NCBI GenBank assembly: GCA_963833425.1
Contig: CAWHXP010000010.1
Span: 68,841-132,840, forward strand
Length of the DNA stretch: 64,000 bases
Direction of reading: 5' to 3'
Origin: an uncultured Methanosarcinaceae archaeon
GTDB taxonomy: Archaea; Halobacteriota; Methanosarcinia; Methanosarcinales; Methanosarcinaceae
The position numbers and the translations under genes are program-made. Of this stretch, positions 58,819 to 64,000 are shown piece by piece. Positions within the stretch are counted from its first letter, which is position 1. Each line of letters starts with the position of its first letter. The notes under the pieces are model-generated. The model ran no database searches. It was given only the letters and a program-made list of their open reading frames with translations, and was not told the DNA's origin.

Positions 58819-59856
58819 TCAATATAAACACATCTTCAAACTGGATCTCTCAAATCTTGAAGTTTCAAGAATTTGCTGCATTATGTAATATAACGAACTC
58901 AGCAAGCTATCAATATTTTCAGATCCTATCTCCCCTGCATAAGGGTGAATATTGTCTTCAAGAACTTTTAGAAGTTTTGGATCGATGTCGTTTATAAAAT
59001 AGGTGTCCAGAATAAGAAGACTTGAGATCTGTTCGTAGAAATCTGTAAGTTTTTGAAGCCATTCTGGGACTCTATAACTCATTATATATACCTGCTTATT
59101 AAGGAACATAAGGTAACCAAAAATGGCATTTATGAGATCCTCTGTTAGTCTGTTATCCGGAAATTTAATCGGGAAACGTCCCAAAACTGTAGGATCTGCA
59201 TAATCCGAGAAAATCATTTTAGACTTACATAATGCAGGAAATAGTCTGGAGATCGGGCTATTAAGCACGGCGGTAACATAAGGATACTTACTAGAGTCTT
59301 TGAGAACAATCCCACAGCCACTTCTAAATACATGATTTCCAACAGCATCGTATGTAGCCTGGAGATGATACCCGCCAATTGCAATGATTTTAGGAACATA
59401 AAGATGCTCAAGGAACTCTGTTCCTTTTATACTGTAATCAGCAGAGCTCAGTGGGGAGGTATCATGGAGAAATTGATTTTTGAATTCCATAATTCTCCTG
59501 TAAGCCCGTGGGAATTTGAACTTTAGATCTTCGGGTGAAATGATTTTATATTCTTTTTTAATCCCATCGGCTAGCTCATAAGGTAACATAAAGCGATAAG
59601 GTGAGGCTTGAACTGCAAATTTTTCAGAAACTGCCCCTGATACATATGGGTAGATTATTTCAGGTTCTAAAAATACAGGTTTACACAGACCTTCGCAAAG
59701 ATAGTATAATTTTGAGCCATCTTCCTCAGGAAAGAGAAGCCTATGCATCAGAATGTTTTTTGCACTTATACCCTCAAATATGCTTTTTGAGATATCTTTA
59801 AGTGTAACTGGAATTGTACACATTTTTTCGACGATTTTATTTTCTTTTGATAACAT
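58819..59856 (-). CDS. Protein resembling the TaqI-like C-terminal specificity region of restriction-modification enzymes; no MTase motifs seen
   Basis: PKII..ATYD..GNHVF, YVTAVLNS, LGRFPIKFP. Confidence 0.55.
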   Translation of the reverse strand: MLSKENKIVEKMCTIPVTLKDISKSIFEGISAKNILMHRLLFPEEDGSKLYYLCEGLCKPVFLEPEIIYPYVSGAVSEKFAVQASPYRFMLPYELADGIKKEYKIISPEDLKFKFPRAYRRIMEFKNQFLHDTSPLSSADYSIKGTEFLEHLYVPKIIAIGGYHLQATYDAVGNHVFRSGCGIVLKDSSKYPYVTAVLNSPISRLFPALCKSKMIFSDYADPTVLGRFPIKFPDNRLTEDLINAIFGYLMFLNKQVYIMSYRVPEWLQKLTDFYEQISSLLILDTYFINDIDPKLLKVLEDNIHPYAGEIGSENIDSLLSSLYYIMQQILETSRFERSSLKMCLY

Positions 59857-60740
59857 CTAATTTTCACTTCTATAGAACTTCTTATAAGCTACAATATACA
59901 ATCATCCAAATAATTATTTTAAATTAAGTATACAAAAAATAGTTTTGAAATGAAAAATTCTTCCAAATAAAACTTTTCACAATCAAAAAAAACAGTTAAA
60001 TATTAATAAGGATTTTTTTATTTTTCCCCAAAGAAAAAATTTAAAAATATCAGTCTCTTTTAGATTAGATTGTCATTATTTCATATTTTGTCATCGAGAA
60101 CTGAAAAGCTAAACTAGAGTAACTTTTCCAAATGGTGCAAAGCTAGCTTTGAGTAGAATTTCAGGATCAATAATTTAGCTATCATTCTCAGCTATCTCAT
60201 ACATGCATAGTTTTGTGTATAAAATCTATGTATATTCTTATTTTTAAGTTGGAATTATAAGGAATTTTGTCTGATGTCTGCAGGAAACACATTGTTTTTA
60301 TTAAAATATATGGCAGATAGACAGTCGAAAAGCTGTTATATCAATATTTTTGATGGTTTACAAATAATAATCCGAGTAGAAGCTACCATCCGTATACATT
60401 CTCACATTACAAAAATGAAGATCAACAAAATAATAAAAAACAGCAGATTTTTCAGTTAATTATTATTTCAAAAACAATTATGTTCTACATGAAAAGGCAA
60501 AATCAGGTTAATTAAATATATATAGATCTTCTTTTAACAAAATAAATTTATACATAAAGTATAATAATGTTTAAACTGTTTATATAACTAAACAATGTTT
60601 AGTGATTTTTGAAGTATCTCTAGTCATCTAACTTATACTGCACTTTCAATAATTAACAAGAAGCAAATTGAGAAATATTCTATACAGGGGAACATATTAA
60701 TATTTTTTAATAATTAATTATAGAAAAAGGAGATAAACGA

Positions 60741-63170
60741 ATGTTAAATAAAAAAAAGTTGTATTCGATAGCCTTAATGTCAGCAGCTATGATTTTTATG
60801 CTGGTAAATATTGTAGGCGCAGCGCCATATGCATATATTCCAAACGCTGGCAGCAACAATGTATCTGTAATTGATACCGCAACCAATACTGTTATAACCA
60901 CTGTGCCAGTTGGATCCGCTCCTTGGGGAGCTGCAGTCAGCCCAGATGGAAAAAAAGTATATGTGACGAACTTTGGCAGTAACAATGTATCTGTAATTGA
61001 CACAGCCACAAATAATGTTGTTACAAATGTACCTGTAGGAGAATGGCCTAATGGAGTTGTAGTCACACCAGATGCAACAAAGGTATATGTGACTAACCGA
61101 AGAGATAGTACCATCTCTGTAATTGACACAACAACCACCCCAATGAGTGTTATTAACACGGTGACGGTAGGATTCCTGCCTTATGAAGTTACAGTTACCC
61201 CTGATGGAACAAAAGTATATGTAGCTAACTTGGGTAGCGACACTGTTTCTGTAATTAATACAACAAATAATGCTGTTACAAATGTATCTGTAGGAGATAT
61301 GCCTTATGGAGTTGCATGTAGTCCAAATGGATCAAATGTATATGTGGCAAACGATGGTAGCAACACTATCTCTGTAATTAACACAACAAACAACACTGCA
61401 TATGCCAGTGTAAATATAGGAGTGTATCCTAATGGAGTTACAGTCACCCCAGATGGATCAAAGGTATATGTGACAAATGGTGGCAATGGCATTGCTCCAA
61501 GCAATGTTTCTGTAATTAACACAACCAGCAACACTGTACATGCCACTGTGGCTGTAGGAATCAATCCACAAGGAATTGCAATCACACCTGATGGATCAAA
61601 CGTCTATGTGGCGAACCAAGGCAGCAACAACGTTTCTGTAATTAACACATCCACAAACACTGTTACAGCTACAGTGCCTGTAGGAAACGATCCTGTTGCC
61701 TTTGGGAAGTTTATTGGTCCCGAACCAGTAGCTCCTACAATTACGTGGAGTAACCCGGCTAACATAACCTATGGTACACCATTAAGCAGCACTCAGCTAG
61801 ATGCAACTGCTTCAGTAAATGGAACCTTTGTATATAATCCAACATCAGGAACGGTATTAAGTGCAGGTTTGCATACATTGAATACCAGTTTCACACCAAC
61901 TGATACTGCAAACTATACTAACGCATCAGCTACTGCTTTAATTAATATAACACAAGTAACTCCTACAATTACCTGGAGTAACCCTGCTGACATAGTCCAT
62001 GGAACAGCTCTAGGCAACACTCAGCTAGATGCAACTGGATCTGTACCTGGACCTATTAGCTATAATCCAGTAGCAGGAACTATATTAGGTGTAGGTACCC
62101 ATACCTTGAATGCTACTTTAACGCCAACTGATTCTGCAAACTATACTATAGCAACAGATAGTGTTTCACTAAATGTGACACAAGCTACTCCTACAATTAC
62201 CTGGAGTAACCCTGCTAACATAGCATATGGAACAGCATTGAGCAACATTCAGCTAGATGCAACTGCTTTAGATCCAATATCGGGAGCTTCAGTACCTGGA
62301 TTCTTTTTTTACACTCTGCCAGCAGGGGATGTATTGAGTGTAGGTCAACAACTGCTGAATGTTTTATTCCTACCAGATGATCTTGTAGACTATAATATAA
62401 CATCTGCTACTGCTTCAATCAATGTACTTGGTATGCCTTCTGCAAATTTCGGAATCAATCAAACCCAAGGTCCTGTTCCACTTGATGTACAGTTCACGGA
62501 TAACTCTAAAGGATCACCAACATCATGGTACTGGGACTTTGGAGATGGAACTAATTCTACCCTACAGAATCCAGAGCATAGTTACAATACAGCAGGAATC
62601 TATATCCCTACACTGACAGCAGGCAATATAGCTGGTACAAACACGATGATATCAACAGTTCCAATAACTACAGAGGGTATTCTTGATGTACATTTCAGAA
62701 TCAATCAAACCCAAGGTACTGTTCCACTTACTGTACAGTTCACGGATAAAACTACAGGAGGACCAACGTCTTGGTACTGGGACTTTGGAGATGGAACTAA
62801 TTCTACCCTACAGAATCCAGAACATATTTACAATACAGCAGGGATCTATACCCCTATACTGACAGCTAGCAATGTAGTTGGTACAAGTACAAAAGTGTCA
62901 ACAGTTTCAATAACTGCAATGAGTATGCCTGATGCACATTTCAGAATCAATCAAACCGAAGGTCCTGTTCCACTTGATGTGCAGTTCACTGATAGAACTA
63001 CAGGAGAACCAACATCATGGTACTGGGACTTTGGAGATGGAACGAATTCTACACAACAGAATCCAGAGCATATTTACAATACAGCAGGGATCTATACCCC
63101 TATACTGACAGCTAGCAATGTAGTTGGTACAAGTACAAAAATATCAACAGTTCCAATAACTGTGACATAA
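60741..63170 (+). CDS. Cell-surface protein: YVTN beta-propeller, 3 TPTITWSNPA Ig-like repeats, 3 PKD domains
   Basis: Signal peptide; seven YVTN repeats; WYWDFGDG x3. Confidence 0.95.
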   Translation: MLNKKKLYSIALMSAAMIFMLVNIVGAAPYAYIPNAGSNNVSVIDTATNTVITTVPVGSAPWGAAVSPDGKKVYVTNFGSNNVSVIDTATNNVVTNVPVGEWPNGVVVTPDATKVYVTNRRDSTISVIDTTTTPMSVINTVTVGFLPYEVTVTPDGTKVYVANLGSDTVSVINTTNNAVTNVSVGDMPYGVACSPNGSNVYVANDGSNTISVINTTNNTAYASVNIGVYPNGVTVTPDGSKVYVTNGGNGIAPSNVSVINTTSNTVHATVAVGINPQGIAITPDGSNVYVANQGSNNVSVINTSTNTVTATVPVGNDPVAFGKFIGPEPVAPTITWSNPANITYGTPLSSTQLDATASVNGTFVYNPTSGTVLSAGLHTLNTSFTPTDTANYTNASATALINITQVTPTITWSNPADIVHGTALGNTQLDATGSVPGPISYNPVAGTILGVGTHTLNATLTPTDSANYTIATDSVSLNVTQATPTITWSNPANIAYGTALSNIQLDATALDPISGASVPGFFFYTLPAGDVLSVGQQLLNVLFLPDDLVDYNITSATASINVLGMPSANFGINQTQGPVPLDVQFTDNSKGSPTSWYWDFGDGTNSTLQNPEHSYNTAGIYIPTLTAGNIAGTNTMISTVPITTEGILDVHFRINQTQGTVPLTVQFTDKTTGGPTSWYWDFGDGTNSTLQNPEHIYNTAGIYTPILTASNVVGTSTKVSTVSITAMSMPDAHFRINQTEGPVPLDVQFTDRTTGEPTSWYWDFGDGTNSTQQNPEHIYNTAGIYTPILTASNVVGTSTKISTVPITVT

Positions 63171-63879
63171 CCAACATAGTAGACTCCTAATTAGCCTGAA
63201 AAACTATTAACCAGGTAAGAGATCAACTAGGTAGGGGGTGTCAACAAAGCGGAAGAAACAGATTGATGCAGTAATAGTGATGGGACATTGATGTTAAGAA
63301 TATACATCTGCTTTACTTTAAAAACGATGAATCAGTGAGAACAATAGACACAAGAGCTTTATCAGTAAAACTATTGCTCTCCATCCTACTTTTAGCGGTG
63401 AAGAAAAGGAGTATAGTACCAGTCATATTTTACAGAATTTGAGCATGAATGTAAAGATAAAATAATCATATATGCTAAAAATATTAAATATGTTTAGAAC
63501 TTAGTACAATTTGCGTTCTCATCTTCGATCATCTAGCAGCAATCTATCCCAAAAAAACCATCTATCCCATACTTCACAAAAATGTACCCCATAGAATAAA
63601 GAGATTAAATTATAAAATACAATTAGTGATTCCAATATCAAAGCTCTATATAATGCACTTCTTTCAAAAATCAGGTTTTGATTATATGTATCCAACTTCC
63701 AATGGAAAACGATAATAAGAATCTATATATTTAAAAAATCTCGTTTAATCTGTACGTGGTTTTATACAAACCAACAATCCAGGCAACTGAAAAAGTTTTA
63801 TCTGTTTCCCTTATTCATAAGAAATATATACCATAAATTTTATAGCATAACAACATGGTGTTTAGAGAATGACACTATG

Positions 63880-64000
63880 GTGTTTAATTTAAATAAAACT
63901 TCATCCTTCTACCTTTGTTCTCCATAGGAAGTGTAATACACAAACGTGTTTAATTTAAATAAAACTTCAGCCTTCTACCTTTGTTCTCCATAGGAAGTGT
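63880..64000. repeat. 66-bp tandem repeat running off the window end
   Basis: Unit starts at 63880 and 63946; one mismatch over the visible 55 bp. Confidence 0.85.

Noticed and set aside
63880..64000. Possible CRISPR array (66-bp period)
   Set aside because: The conserved block is >=55 bp with only 11 bp between copies; no cas genes in the window

Overview
AT-rich archaeal window, Methanosarcina-like by gene content (YVTN/PKD surface proteins, fae, NikR, Cbi/Nik ECF transporters); the taxon is inferred. It is an accessory, heavily rearranged region in four blocks. (1) ~11-25 kb and ~35-40 kb: a nickel/cobalt island with a SAM methyltransferase, two tandem nicotianamine-synthase-family genes, partly broken nik and cbi ECF operons, nikR, a (HE)n His-rich protein and four small secreted peptides sharing one leader. 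(2) ~26-35 kb: a ~9 kb integrated element laid out like a phage satellite (integrase, divergent regulators, primase-helicase, iteron origin, small-terminase-like gene, no recognisable capsid genes). (3) ~40.5-44.5 kb: a GC-rich katG next to a katE remnant and a desulforedoxin. (4) ~45-60 kb: single-gene modules (pentapeptide-channel, HD, TIR-like, HEXXH, glycerate kinase, TIR-phosphoesterase, R-M-like) separated by IS6 ends and by a recurring 31-bp palindrome (12-bp arms, 7-bp spacer). That palindrome also marks duplication breakpoints and looks like a tyrosine-recombinase site. No rRNA, tRNA or CRISPR array was recognised. Many genes carry frameshifts or nonsense codons, which may be decay or assembly error. 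All calls were made by eye, without database searches.
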